From Podarcis gaigeae (Eukaryota), in assembly GCA_964106915.2 (NCBI GenBank), contig OZ066927.1: DNA of 64,000 nt; one strand, written 5' to 3'. Each line of letters opens with the position of its first letter. Position 1 is the first letter of the stretch. A model generated the notes under the pieces. It worked only from the letters and a program-made list of their open reading frames with translations, was not told where the DNA came from and made no database searches. Below, one piece after another: positions 12,131 through 27,100 of this stretch. The translations under genes were made by a program, and so were the position numbers.

Positions 12131-15100
12131 TCATTTCGCAGTGTTCTGGTGGTATATGTGTCGCCAAACCTCGTGTATCTTTTTGCACCATTTATGAGCG
12201 TTCCCACTTGGGTCCATCAGGTAGTATGTCCTGTTAGGCTACAAGTAAACAAAGGTTTAGTCCCTACTCATTCCTGCAGCAAGAACCTAACTAAGCTGAA
12301 CAAGGCCAGCAGGCAGTGCATGGGCTTGGGCCTCCCCTCCCTCCCCTGGGGATGAAGGTTGCACACAGCACTTTGTACACCAGAAGTCTCCCACAGTAAA
12401 AACCAAACAACGGGCAGGAGCTATTAAAAGGCAGGGGTGGCTGCGTGAGCCAACTCTGGCCTGAGAAGGTACAAGAGTCATCAGTGTGTGGAGCTGTGTC
12501 ACTGGGGAGCTGCTACTTCAGGAAGTTCTAGATCCATTTTTCAAAAAAGGGGAAGGATCCCACAGCCAATTAACACCTCCAGCACCTTCCTCAACACCTC
12601 CAGCACCTTCCTCAACACCTCCAGCACCTCCCAGGAAGCACTGGCAGCTGAATGGGCCCTGCTAATAATACACCTGCAAGAGCCCACAGAACAGAACCGG
12701 TGAAGTCAGAACTTGTCAGCAGGAAGGGGTCACTTACTGTGTGAACAAAGAAGGTCTTGAAGTTCTTGGCTTCCGGCCGGAGTTCCAGCGACCAAGGGAT
12801 TTCTCCTTTCAGAATTTTGTTGACAGGGTCCACATAGTACAAGTGTGGCCCTTCAGTGAGCAGCAGCTGACGCCTGCGAGCAAAGAGCCCCTGCAGAGGA
12901 GGACACAACACTTAGAGCTAAGCCAGCGCTGCGGGTCAGCAGCTTCAAAGAAAGGGTCAAGAAAGGAAGGATTCTAGCACCACCACAGGATACTGCTTAG
13001 GACTCAACACTCTTGTTATAGAGCACAAAGGGATCATCACAACATCTTCTGAGCAGCTAGTTTCCTCTGCCTCTCTGCCATTACCATATGCAGCACAACC
13101 AGCTCACAGGACGAGGAAGGGGAAGTACCTATTAACTTTTTTGCCTTTCCTGCAACAGTCTCCAAACCAAATTTTGGACAAATGATGAAATGTCTTCAAA
13201 ACTCAAACTCTCTTCTAGGCAACACTCTCTTTCCCTGAGACCCTCATTCCCTATGACAGCAGGGGAACTGTCATCACGGGAGTGGGACCTCCCTGAAGAC
13301 CCCATCCAACACTCTCTCTGCCTCTTTTGCCGTTTCCAGGTCTGGGAACCAACTTGTTCCTGGAGCTCACTGTACTCTAGAAACACCCACAACTTCTGCC
13401 CAATGGGGAGATAGTCAAATATATGGCAGGCTCTGCAAAACACTAGAAGGCCTCCCTCCCTCCCCACTAGTTTATTTATTTATTTAGTTACCTAATTACC
13501 AACCACCTGGTACACATGGAAGAGCATACAAATAAAATTATGAAATGTGGAGGTCAAGGAGAACAAACAGGGTTACACTCCCCACCACAAACTACAACAT
13601 TTGGATAATCTGCTTTTGGTTTCTCTTAATATGTTTCTTTCCCCTCCACTACTCTGCAGGTTTTTTTTATTTCATATCCCCAAGTACTTTAGACTCACAA
13701 GTACAATCATTTAAAGAATGAATCCGAGGCACAGGATCAGGTGACTTACCTTCCGTTTGTCAACTGGACCCATTTTCAGTATTAGATTATTTTCTACAAA
13801 CTGGTGCCTGAGAAGAAAACATCACCTTGTGTTATTTCCATCAATCCGTCATTCATTGCCAAGCCATCCACTTACAGGCTTTTAGATACAGAGTGTCAGT
13901 GATAGGAGGAAAAGTAGCCAGCAGCCAGATGTAGCTAGCAGCACTTTTATGGGACTGTCAGCTCTGGGTCAGATCCCATGGCAGAAATTGGCTGCATTTC
14001 TAAGCTCTGGCCAATTCAAATGGTCCTGGTTCCCCCTTTTCTAAAGCCCCAGATTCTGCCACCCTCCATTGTTAGGAACACGCAAGTGAGGTGCAAGACT
14101 GATGAAGCTGAACTTTATTTGTGGAGCAGGACGTCACTCAAGAGAGGAGGAGGGAGAGAAAGCAAGTGTAAGCACATGCGTGCACACACATTTGCATAAG
14201 CCACTCTATGGGGGGAAAACCCCACACCCCACAGTGCTTACCAGGGATTTCCACCAGCCTGCTTTGCCAAGAGTAACCTTTTCTCCTTTTCAGAGAACTG
14301 GAGGTCCAGCTCAAAGGAATTGCTGTCGAGGTTGTGAATGTATTGCTCTATGTTGTTGCTGCTGCCTGAGGTTTGTGGGGTGGACGTCTCCGGGGAAGAC
14401 AAGGACTGAGAAGAGGCGGAGCCAGACACTTGCAGGCAGCCAAACTGACTCAGGAGATTGTCATACTATCAAAATGAGAAAGATAGTTTTCAGAATAAAT
14501 GGGGGCAAAGTATGTGGCATCTTACCCTTTTCTTCTGACCAATATATCTGCCAACATAATATCCAAGTTGTCTTCCAAGAGTAAATCCAGTAACATTAAT
14601 GGGCCTAAATTAGATGTGCCAATGAATGTGACTAACAATGGATACAACCAATGTTATATTATTTATTTATTATTCTGAATGCTCTCTTTAAATGCTACTA
14701 GTACTATTTATGCTGTATAAACACTGTAAGCCCATACTTTAGGAAAGCAACACATATCATCTGCAAGAAAACAAACAGCTTCCAACATACAGTATCATAA
14801 AATACTATAGTGTGTGTATATAAACTATATTCCCCCCCAAACAAAGTAAGTTTAAAAAGATTGAGGGGGCGTCTTATACACAGAATGTTGCAATTATTTA
14901 TTAATTAATTTAGGCTAAAAACCGTCTTATACACGGAAAAATATGGTAGCTGTGTGGCCATCTTTTATTTTACTCAGTACATCACTTTTGCCATCAAGGC
15001 AAAATCCCACTCATTTTCTGGCCACTTGTTCTGCTGTTAGTGATATTCTCCATTTCTTTGCTTAAAAACATTCTTGCTTCAATTCATAAATGGGACTAAT

Positions 15101-18100
15101 TCCTTATGCTCTGTCTCACTGAGGCTTCAACACAATTTAGTGAGGACAGGACCTAGAGAGGTTTCATAATCTATAGACTGTAAAATGCTTGATCTGCTTC
15201 CACTTTTTAATAATAGCATTAATAATAACCACCTCCCTTCTCCTGTTGACACTTCCAGCACATGCTTGTACTGGACTTTTTCTATTTTCCTTTCCAGTTA
15301 TACTTAAGAAAATCAGTAGGCTTCCCAAGATTTTCACCGGAATGATTTTACCTATATTCTGCAGCTATTTAACTAAATTTTATGGGTGATTTGCAAGTCA
15401 TAAGAGGCCAATTTAAATCAAGAGGCTCCAGTAGAGTGATTTCAATGGGTCTACAATTGAGTATGACGCTGAGACACTGGATATCACGCTGCATCGTAAT
15501 AAAGGGTTGTTTTACCTAATTTCTCCAAATCAGTTAATTTCCTCAGAGCAATCCTCACCCAATCTGGGTAAGGCACAGTAGAGTGTAATGGGCAGCATAG
15601 CCACTGCTCCATCAGTTGCACATATCAACCAGGACAAATGTGGGGGCAAGCAAACCCTTGTTCCACCCTACAGTCCACCCTGGGACTGCTGGCAGCAGTG
15701 GAGCCAGTCCAGTCCTCCCTCTCCAGAACACCCCATTTGGCAGGCAGCATGAGAAATTCAGTGGTGCTGGAGGAGTGCTGCTGAGGCCACTCTGAACAGC
15801 AGAAGGAGATTTCTGCCCTATCCATCCATGCTACCTACCCCCAATATGGCAGATGAGGGGGCTCGGGTCACAGCCTCATTTCTTGATTCACTATCTACAT
15901 AATTTATTACCCATTTTACTTTAAGACACTCAAGCCAAAGGGGGGGGGGGAAGGTTTGTTGGATTCAATTTTCTCCTAATTTCTGAATGATCAATAGTCC
16001 TGCCTTGATTGATTAAATATATGTATCAGAAAAATCCCTGTCTCCAAATTTTAAAGCCTCTATCTCTTTCACAAATTTCACCAGTGATCCCATATTTTTA
16101 ACCAGCTGGAAACTAGAACATTTCCTTTTACTTGCTTTGTTCTATTTCATTATCTCCTCACAGTACATCCATGTATCACGCTTTAACCTTCCACTTGCAT
16201 GCAGAAATTCTGCAAGAGAGGGAGGAAGCTGGGAAGGAGCTCTGCTTTCAGCTCAGTATCTGCTCTCACCCTCTGGTCATGTGAACTGGACAAGTGAAAG
16301 TGAGGGTGACAGAGGAGCCAAGGATTAGACCAGAACAAGAACTACAGGCCTATTTCTCCCTTGAAGGATGCAAGGGTATTGAAAAGACCTCTATGGAGCA
16401 TGGTAGATCAAGATGGGAACTCCTACTGAGAATGCTGAGATGGATGGAGAAGGATGTGAGGCACTCACAAGGACAAACTGCCCTTCAGCAGCCTTTGATC
16501 TCCCCTGGCATCAGTATCAAAGCCTGAACTTACATTTCCATAGCAATCCTCATCATCTTCTGACATTGCGGGCAAATATGCAGTGAGCTTGGGTGGTGTC
16601 TGAAGATGCAGATTCTCCCAGGTGATGGAGTCGAAAAAGGGGTGGGCCTTCAAGGGCTCATATCCTCCCATTTCTTCACAGCCTAACCTCTTGGTAGCAT
16701 CTTGGACCTGGTTAAGTGAAGACACAGTTACATTTTCCCTAGAAAGACTCAGGGGGCGTCTTTGGCTCCACTCCCTGTCATTTCAGATCTTGGTGACTCA
16801 GTCAGTCCACCTCTGTGGACAATCTGTTAATATGGGACCTTTGATGTACCTAGTAGAAGCGAGACTCCAGGAAGAAGGAGGACAATTGAGATTTCTTCTC
16901 CAAGCACCCCTTAATGGTGATTCACAAGGGGCTTTTGCAATAACCCGTGAAACAAAGGCTTGTATAGGATTAACTGGCATAAAGCAACGGGATAGAGATC
17001 CTCTCAAGGAACTGGTCATGAAGTCAACTTGTTTTGCTCCACTTCCTGGAGCAAATGGGAGGCAAGTGGCCAATTAAAAGAGAAAAGAGATGGAAGGAGA
17101 CAGGCAGGAAGGAAAGGAATGATGGTTGCTGGCCTTGAGGCTGACATCTGTATCATATGGTTCTTGTGGTGCTAAAATCTTGAACACCAACTGGCTGAAA
17201 AGTTCCAGCTAGTTTGGGAATAAAGCTAACAGTATAGTTCCATGAAGAGAGGGAAAGCAGGGGGGCCTTAGCTGGAAATTAATACCTCAACACAAGGTAT
17301 AAGGTATAAAGGAGTATATCTGTGGGTCGGGGTGAGGCTGGGAAGAGAGAGGGCAGAAAACCCCATGGGAAGGCAGTGGGGATTAAGAAACAAGGCTCTG
17401 AAGATGCTTTGTGGAAAAGCAGAAGCGACAGGGAACAAGTCAAAGGGGCAACAGTTGGGGGGCGGGACTCTGAAGCCTAGAGGGCCAAAACACCGGCTGG
17501 GATAGAACAGCAGCAATGAGTACCACATTTTGTGCAAGTTATCTGACTGGAGGCTTCTAGCATGCATTTGAAACTTTTGACAATACAATTCATTTACCAA
17601 AAGCTTTTCTACGAGATCTTTTGCCTTCGGAAAGAACTTCTCTGGGAATTCATACTCCAATTTGATTATCTTCTGGAATATGAGATATTCATTTCTGCAA
17701 AAAGGACGGGGAAAAGTATAGTTACATCTATGCAAACATTTCCTATAAGTCTACTTCAAGGTTGAAACTATACCACCCTATGGGTACACGGGCAAACACT
17801 AACTTGGTGGGAAGTCTGGCACTGGTGTGCTCCAAAGTCTTACCCGGCTCTGAATGGTGGTAATCCTGCTACAAGCTGGTATACGATGCAGCCAAGAGCC
17901 CACAGATCCGAACTGCATCATCAAGACAGGCAAAAAGATGAGAAGGCAAAGCAGAAGAGTTAGCACTGTGGGCATATCCAATTTCACCATCTCCTAGTTC
18001 AGGCACCCACAACAAAAGCATACAACATATTCCCTTTCAGGCAGAACTGCAAATTCCCCTGGAGTATCAGACTCTAATTTATTTGGAATGCCTGGTAAAT

Positions 18101-21100
18101 GCACCTTGAAGAAAAGGTGTTTATCCCTGGGCGTTTCCCAAGGATCTGCTGCAGAAGCTGTCACTGTGCACTTCCTGAACCAGATCTATGTATTTCCTCA
18201 TCTTGGGTTAGGCTCCCACAGGAAGGATGGAAGCAGCAGAAGAGAGCCTTCAGCAAAGTCCCAATAGGACTGAGCGATATCAGCTTTTCAACAACGCAGT
18301 GTATCGCAAGCCAAACATCGCAGTTTGGTGACATACTGCAATGCTGAAAAAACAAAATGCATTGTCCTCTCCCCGCAAAACAGTGGGTGAAACTGCCCCA
18401 GCTCTCACTTGTGCTGAGGCAGTTTCACCCAGACTTGTGGGTTAGGACAATGCAACTTGTTTGCGCTGGGCTGGGGGCTCTTTTAACTGCTCAACTAAGG
18501 AAAGGATAGCTGCACACTCCTCAGCCGAGCAGTTGAAAGATGCATATGGAGGAAACAGCTGCATCGGCGCCTCGTCAATAGAGCTTGTTTCTCCCTCTCC
18601 GTTGTATGAGGGCTGTATTGGGACCTAGGCCTGGGTGATATATTGCCCAGGACTGGTATGAGGAATAGACCACGATGTCAGCTTCACTCAGCGGTATATC
18701 GCTGGTGAAACCGCCACTGCTCCCGAGTCCCTCTGTTAACAGTGCCTGCTGGAGGAAGGACCAGTCCTGAGCAATATATTGATATATCGCCCAGGCCTAG
18801 GTCCCAATACAGCCCTTTGAAGAAGATCCCAAGCTGAATAGGTGCTTAAAAAAATTAAAATAAAATAAATGGCCCACACAGAGCTTTCTAGTTCTCTGTC
18901 TTGTTTAATGTACAAACCAAGTAAAGCGGCAAGAGATTGCAGCAAGAAAACATGACGACAATGCTTAGAACGTCTTGTTTCATGTTTTGATGGTATGTTA
19001 TGTTAAATCCAAGTGCTAATGAACTATTCATGTTACAGAAAAATAGACAAAAGCAATCCTAAGAGCCATTGTCATGCTGTTTAAAAATTTTCAGTGCTGA
19101 TTATGCAGGAGGCACTGAGGCACAAGAATAGGGTATACCCTAATGGAAATAGGCCTCACCCATTTGCCTTGAAGATCTCTCTCTCAGTCATAAAACCCCT
19201 CTACAAAGGCAACGTATGTAACTCACCTTTTGCAGGCAGACTTCTCTGTTAACAGCTCTGGAGACACATACTGTGCTGTCCCAACAAAGGAGTTCGCCCG
19301 TGCTGAAGAAACCAAGATGCAAGTAAGCATTTAATCATTAAAAATGTTCTTACAAGGTCCTCATGAAGGCTTGGATGTGTTCATTTGGAAACAATGCTTT
19401 CATTTTTGTTGTGCAATTCAAATTTCATCAGCTTTTATTTAACTATACTTGTAGGCATCCAATATTACATAATGACTATTGTTTTTCAAACACTCCCCGC
19501 CCCCTCAACACTAAGCATTACTAAGCAGCATTTCACCCCATGGGCACCCCACTATCACCTGATTTCAGCTGCCCCATTTTAGTGACCCTGCAGGTTTCCT
19601 CTCTGATGTCATCTCCTGCGGTATAGCCATTTTACCTTTACTCAGTAAAGAACCGTCATAAACCCCACTGAGATGTAGCATCGGATACTGTGGTCAGTTT
19701 TAAGGAATTTGAAACTGCAGAAGGTTGCTTTAGTCGTTGATAGGTTGAGAAATTGCACCCACCTCGCTTGCTGTCTGCAGACAATACTTTTGCTGTCCCA
19801 AAGTCTGTAATCTGAATGTGCATGTCTCCGCTGAGCAAAATGTTCTCTGGCTTCAGGTCCCTGCAAAAGGCACAGCTGGGAATGAGCCATGCATGCACAG
19901 AGTCATGCCCTCACCAACTATTTGTGTCCCCTGGGGAAATCCCGAGTTGTCCATGTAATGCCCCAACCATGGAAAGCTGATTCTCCCCCAGGCTTCTAAA
20001 GTAACAGCAGCTATCTAGGAAACTAAGGCTGTCCTTTGGCCCTTACTGTCTCTGCCTGTTCTGGTAGGTCTGAAGTAGATTCCTACCTGCTCCTCTGCCT
20101 GGCATTGGGAGCTGCTTCCCAAATGATTAGGAGGGGACCAGGCAGCAGGGGGACATGGAGCAAATCTGAATGTTAGATCATGCTGAGTTCTTCTCTTCTG
20201 CCTTCTACTGCAGGCAGGCAAACAGTAAGGAAGAGGCGCTACATTTACTCTGCTAGCGACCTGGCAGAATGGGACATCCCTCAAAAAATCCAAGGCAAAA
20301 GGCGACAGAGGGAGGGAAAGATTTCAACTGTCCAAAATCCCCATCCATTGCTGGATACTTTGTTCTCCAAGGCAGCCAATGCCTTGTGCCAAATTAATTA
20401 GGCTGGTGTCGCCACAGGTGAGGAATGCAGGATAGCCAGGAAGTCTCAACAAAGGTACCTAAGACACTGCTTGTTTGCTTTGGAAACTTTTGAGTTTTGA
20501 GCCACCAGGAGAAATCTATCAGGAGGGCAACAAACGGTAACTATGACAACAGCAACAAGAACCAAGAATAGATGGATTTGAATTCATTACATTACCTGTG
20601 AATGATTCCCTTTCCGTGCAAGTACTCTAATGCAGACACAATTTCAGCAGTATAAAACCTAGTACATGTCTCATCAAATGAGCCAATCTTCCGGATGTAT
20701 TTTAGAAGCTCTCCATTTTTGGCGTAGCTAAGACCAAAATCTGAATACTAAGTTAAGGATAATTTATACTGTGAATCTCTGGACCCTAAAACACAAAGGC
20801 AGATAATCTGAGGCAATGTTAGAAGGGATAGGTGGCAATGTGCTTGGAAAGAGAAGACTGGACTCTGCACATAGCCAAAGATTTACCGTACTGGCCCGAA
20901 TATAAGCCGCACTTTCCCCCCAATTTTGGACCCTGAAAAATTAAAAGTACGACTTATATTGGTGATTTTTTTACCATATGCTGCTGAAAGCAGCTGGGGA
21001 GCGCATGTTTGGTGGGGGGGGAGTGGCGCGCCTCCCAGCTAGTTGGCGGTGTGCGCTCCCTAGCTGCTTGATGGGGGGGGAGCGGCATGCCCACCTTCCA

Positions 21101-24100
21101 GGTGGCTGGCGGTGGGGGGGAGTATGCGCACCACCAACCAGAAGGGAGGCAGGCACGCCACTGCCCCCCCGCCAAGCAGCTAGGGAGCATGCGCAGACTC
21201 CCAGATGGTTAGCGGTGTGCACACTCCCTAGCTGGTTAGCCTGTGCACGCCTCCCACCCACCGCCAAGCAGCTAGGGAGCACGCGTACCGCCAACCAGCT
21301 CGGAGTCAGGCACCCAGGTACCCAAGCCGGTGCTGGTGCTGGGCTGTGAGCGCGCTCCGTGCCTGCCTCCTGGCACTACCGCCCTGAACGGGGGGCGGCC
21401 AGCACCTGCAAATAAACCTTGAATTTTAAGTGTGCAGCTTATATTCGGGCCAATGCGGTACAGTGGTTAACTTAGTCTCCAACCATTTTGGGACAAGGGG
21501 CACATTTGGAGATAAAAGAAACTTGTGGACACCACAAAATACACATTCCACAGAAGAAAAACTGGTGGTATTCAGAAACACCCCCATACACCTAAAAGGC
21601 AAAGCACAGACACCTAGAGACAAATAAAACACAGTAAATACAACAACAAACCTCCTCCTACCACAAAAACTAGGCAATCTCATCAAACAAAAAATATCAA
21701 TTAAAAAATAGAAAGTGGGAGAGGGAGGCTGAGTGGGGTGCCTTAAGGCACTGTCATACCCATGGGGGGCCCAAGATTCGTCCTCTGCCAGGTTTACAAG
21801 ATTTAAGATTTTTCACATTTGTATCCTGCCTAAGAATTCTGGTACAACTATTTTGAAAACATCACTGGGTTAGCAAATGAAGAAACATGGTTCTTTTTTC
21901 CCACACACATTATCCCAACAAATATCACCATGAAACATTTCCACCCAGAAGGATACAGAGCTTCTCATCATCCTGAAAGGTGAAGTAGAGATTGACAAAG
22001 AAAGGGTGATCCAGGCAAGACATGATATCTTTCTCCCTATTCACGCACGGCACCTTGCCCTCTTTTATGATGTGGCGCTTCTCCAGAATTTTAACTTTTA
22101 AAAAGACAAATAAGTTACAACACACTTGGGAAATACACAGTGAAGCTGCAAACTCATCTGCTCTGCTTGACTATGAAGCTACGCTTAGAGAGCAGCTTCC
22201 CACAACAGCAGCAGCAGGCGTAACCTAGACTTCCTTTGGCTCCATTATGAGGACAGGACATCATCCATCTAAAATCCACACCCTAATGAAGAAAGGGTTA
22301 CTCACTGGCATATTCTCTGGAGGTAGACAATTCTCTGGCCAAGAAGACCTGTTAAATGGGAAATAAGAACTGCCTTATGTTTTGCACGCAACTAAGATCC
22401 CACAAAAGGTCTCCAACCTACTGAGGGGGGTCAGTGGAAAAGGGGAATTCCGCCCATTGGAGCCCAGGACCCCAAGGGACCATTGCTCTATCCACACCAG
22501 TTACACCAGCCAGTCTCATACACATTCCCAGCACTCCCTAAAGACAACATGTAGGAACTGTTCTGGCAGTTCTCCCAACTTCCTAGGGCAGATTTTTTTC
22601 TAGGGGGTGGGGGAGTGGGAGTCACTGCACTGGCCTTTGCTAGTGTGCTTGGTTAGTTGAATCTGGTCTTACATGTCCAGAACGGAAGAGGCAAACCATC
22701 GTTTTGTAAGAAGTCCTAAAATCCTGGAATCCTACGGTACCCAAGAGGTTTTTTGTTTTTGGTTGGGGGGGGCAGCTATGGCAAGCAATGAAGCATCACA
22801 GGGGTGGAGAGTCAAAACCTGCCAATGGAACATGCGCACAACAGCAGGGGTTCAATGAGGACAGACAGAGGTGGTAACCTCATCTCACTAAAAGTCTGGT
22901 GTGAGACTGCAGGGGCCACAAGAGGACAAAAAGTACCATAACAGCCAACAGCTGTGAACATTATTTCTCTGACCTCCTGCAGAGCCAAGTAGAACCTTCC
23001 TCTGGGCAAGCTGGTGCGCAAAGTGCTTTCCTTAGACAATGCTAAGTGGGGAGGGGAGGGGGGGAGAACTGTCTCAATGATACACAAAGGCCAAATGGCT
23101 GGCTTCTGCCACGACACTCCCAGAACCCCCAGTTGCAGTAGATACTCACTGTTGAGAAAGACCCTTCGCCCAGAATCTTGACAAAGTTAAAGTCCTCTGG
23201 GCGTTTCTTTCGAGGCTGTGGAGGTTGCTGCAAGGATTTTTCACTCCCCCTTGGTTCAGCCGTTGTGCCCTCCATGCTCAGTCCCTGCCTGCTGCCACAA
23301 GGAGCAGCAACAGGTGAAGGGCTGGGATCTGCCTGGTTCCTCACCATTGATGGTGATGGGCAGGAACATAAAACCACGCTGGACTGGATTGGAACAGCAT
23401 CGTACTGAAGGAAAGAGAAAGAATGTACATGATGCTGCAGCTTGCAATCTATTAGCCACACATCCCCGTATACAAGTTGGAAATATGCCAAGGTTCAGGA
23501 GTGCTGCTCCCCTCAAAAGGGGGGGGGGCTACAGGCAGCTACTGGTGATCATGGCAGCTATGCTACATTGCTGTGATTCCATGGATCAAGCATGTACAAA
23601 ACACACAAAAATGAGTCAAGAGTCAAGAGTTGCAACCTACCTTACTGCTTCACAAATAATTACTATTATTAATTACACACCCTTCACCCTAAGGTCCCAG
23701 GATATACTTGAATCTATAAAAGCCAAAGTATTTCAGATCACAGCAGGTCTTCAGAGATCTGAAGGCTAAAGGAATCCAATCCACAAAGTTCGGAAGCTGC
23801 CTGAAGAACTTGGTAAGTCTAACACACACATCCAATTAGCTAGAGAGAAACTGAAACAGTCTGAAACCATTTGGCGTTTTAATATTTGACACGCGAACCA
23901 GTGAAAAGAGTAGCTTACTCAAATGAAATAATAATTCTGCAATTCATGGCTTTAAAATATCCTTACATAACCAAAGACACCAGAGACTCAAGATGGGACC
24001 TTCTGCATGCAAAGCAGGTACACTACCTACTAACTTACAATTCTTCCACTATTTTATTACAATGTGCTCCTAGGACCTCTGGTCATTCTGTCATCTTACA

Positions 24101-27100
24101 GTAGAATAGTAGCCTCCAAACTACATTCTAATAATAATTATGAGAAACAGTAAATGTTTTTGACTGGAAGCTTAGCATATTGAGGACTGCTATAGTGAAT
24201 GTATGGAATTGTGCTTCACTGATTGCTTGGTGCCTGTTTTTTCATTGAAACACAGGAAACTACTGATACCAATTCAGGCTAATTGGTCTATCTAATTCAG
24301 TATTGTTTACACTGAGAGGTATTCAAATATCCAAAGTCAAGCAGCTTCCCCATTTATATCAGGAAGCTTTTCAACAAGTTCAACTTTCAGACTTTCCTTT
24401 AGACTCTTAACTTTAAGGAAATTAAATGAATGATTAATTATTTCCTTCCTTCAGTGTTGCTATTTCTTCAGGTGAGAGAGGTTTATAAGATGTCAAGACT
24501 CCTCAGAAAACCCAAGTTTCCACATCAGACTGGCTGAAACATTCCTATCCATTTGACATCGCCATTTCAATTTCCTCTGAACAGCTTATCAAGGTCTGCC
24601 ATTCTAGGTATGAATCCAGTTTCAGAGTAAAAATAGTGTTCCAGACTGAATAAATGAGCTAACTTGTAATGGGCCATGGCTTTAATGGCTGCCTTACTAT
24701 GTCCCACTTGCTCTTGCCAGTGCCAAAGAAAAGTACCCAGGCCAGGTATGGGTAGGTTTGAAAGTGTTATAAAAATCCTGCTGACACACATTGAATAGAA
24801 ATACTATTGCCTAGATAACAGTTCCTCTACTTCTGTAGCTTATTACTTCTAACATGATTTTTAAAATGCACACACCCTTGTTACACTTACCCAGCAACTG
24901 AAATTTTATGGTTTCAACCCCCACCTGAATTTTGAGTCCAGCCCATGATTTTCATTGTGTCAAAGGCTGTATATCAGCAATAGACCACAGATAATAAAAC
25001 ATCAATATGGCATGAAGCTAACTGCTTTTAATTAACTGTTGCTTTTATTAATCTTCTGCTTTAACTGTTTTGTTTAGTTTTAAGAGGTTTAATGTGATTT
25101 TAATGGGATGATTATTTTATTGCTTTATATTTATAACAATTGTGTTCCAAGAGAAAATATACATAGCAGATAATTAAAAATAAACATAATAAATAAAGAA
25201 CCTCAGGCTCTCTCAGGAGTCACAGCATGTGGTTGACTTGCCCAGGTAATGAGTTCTGTAGCCAGATAGATGGTATACAGTTCAGCAGCTGCTGCCACTG
25301 CATACATCCAGCCTTGAGAAGTCTAGGATCACCAGTGAAATGTAAGTTTGTTTTGTAGCAGAATAACATTTTGGCAAGTGCAGTATTTTATGCTCACAGC
25401 AAAGAGCAGGTAAACTGCCCCCTGATAATTACTTGCAAAGGCATATATAATCCATGCCCTGGAAATATACAATGGAGCTTCTTCAGTATGGAACTTTTCT
25501 TTGTGAACTGTTTGTGAACAGGGCCTACAAATTTCAAGGCAAAGCCATCCCTGGACTCAGAAGACTCACCATGTGGGATGCTAAAATCCAAGAAGCTAAG
25601 ACAGCCTTCCTCAACCTGGTGCCCTTCTGATGCCTTGGACTATGATTTCAGCACAGCCACGCTGGCTGCAGCTAACGGGAATTGTAATAAAAATATGTGG
25701 AGGGTATCAGGCTCAGGAAGTTTTATCTAGGATGGTGTTACATCTGCCTATCTCTGGGGAACACAGGATAAGCAAGTGTACACTGTTTGCACACAATACA
25801 TGATGCTAGGCAGATGCACACACAAACTGCACAAGAAATCTGGAATCATTTTCACATTTAAGTCATTCTACAGTACTAAGAAAAGTCAAGTAAGCTAATG
25901 AAAGTGCAAAGGTCACAGGCACACCTGTGACACCTTGCTACACACCTTTTTGAACTCTGATGGTGGCTTAAAGTCACACAATTCTGCAGAAAAGGCCATA
26001 AGTGTTATAGAACTTGTGGTTTGCATGTATAAAAATGCCAGGCTCTGTTCCATTCAGACTGAACTACTGTTGCCCAGCTCAGGGAATTATTGGTTGGATG
26101 AGTCATTGATTTGATTCAATACAATGTGGAGTCTTCTATGCCTCCTATGGCATATGTACTCATGGCTGGCATTTGCATTTTTAATTCTGCTGATAACAAG
26201 AGGTCATGTGGAAACAACACCTACACTTCCTCAAACACATGTGACATAATGTGAGGACTGGGTAGCTGCCTGTCCTGTGCCAGTTTTCACCAGCTGATAT
26301 GTATTTGTAAGTAAGCGGGAATAGGTTGGAGTTGGTGCCACAGAACAATGGGCACTTTTTACTAAATGACACTAGAAACAGCCATGACAGTGGCCAACTG
26401 TGTCAATGAAACTACTGGGAAGAACGGCAATTACTCAAGAACTTTAAATCAGGATGTGAAACAAATTTAAAGTAGAACAGGCTGAAAATGAACGCCTCTG
26501 ACAACAAGCATCAAATGCTACACATATATTGAAAAAAGAAAGAATTCGCTCTACAGCAGCACCTCCTAAGGACTGAGCTTATTAGATCTCACCTCAGCCG
26601 TAAATCAACTGGGCATCCTTTGCATGACGTCTGCCTTACAGAATTGCTCCTTAACTAATATATAAGAAGTTTCTTTGACCACTGGAAGATTCAGCTTTTC
26701 AATCCCTCAGGACTAATAGGGCCCCCAGAACGGTGGGCCAAGGCGGCACACTGCTCTAACGCTAATGCTAAGCCCGGAATGTGGCCGAAATCGCAACCTC
26801 CGTATCGCCCGCGACAGTCGGAGGCGCCAACACCCTATGCACACCGGAAGACGAGCTGCCCTCTCCGTTGCCGGCGGGGGAAGGAGGTGGAATTCCGAGG
26901 GCAAATGGGCGCGCCCCTCCCCGCCTAAGTGGGGCACTCACTTTACGGGGATCCCGCGCCGCTACGCAAAACAAGGCAGGCTCTGGCCGAGGCCTGCCTG
27001 CTTGTCCAGGTAAGACGACGGGAGGCCAAACAGCGGGGGGGGGGGGGAGGTCAGGGCCCAGCCGGCTCCTCCGCAGCTTTCGCTTCCGCGCTGTAGCCTG

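Noticed and set aside
12572-12629. Repeats as a CRISPR-like array (also the repeats within 4515-4751)
   Set aside because: Eukaryotic intron; no unique spacers; explained by a minisatellite and MITE sub-repeats.
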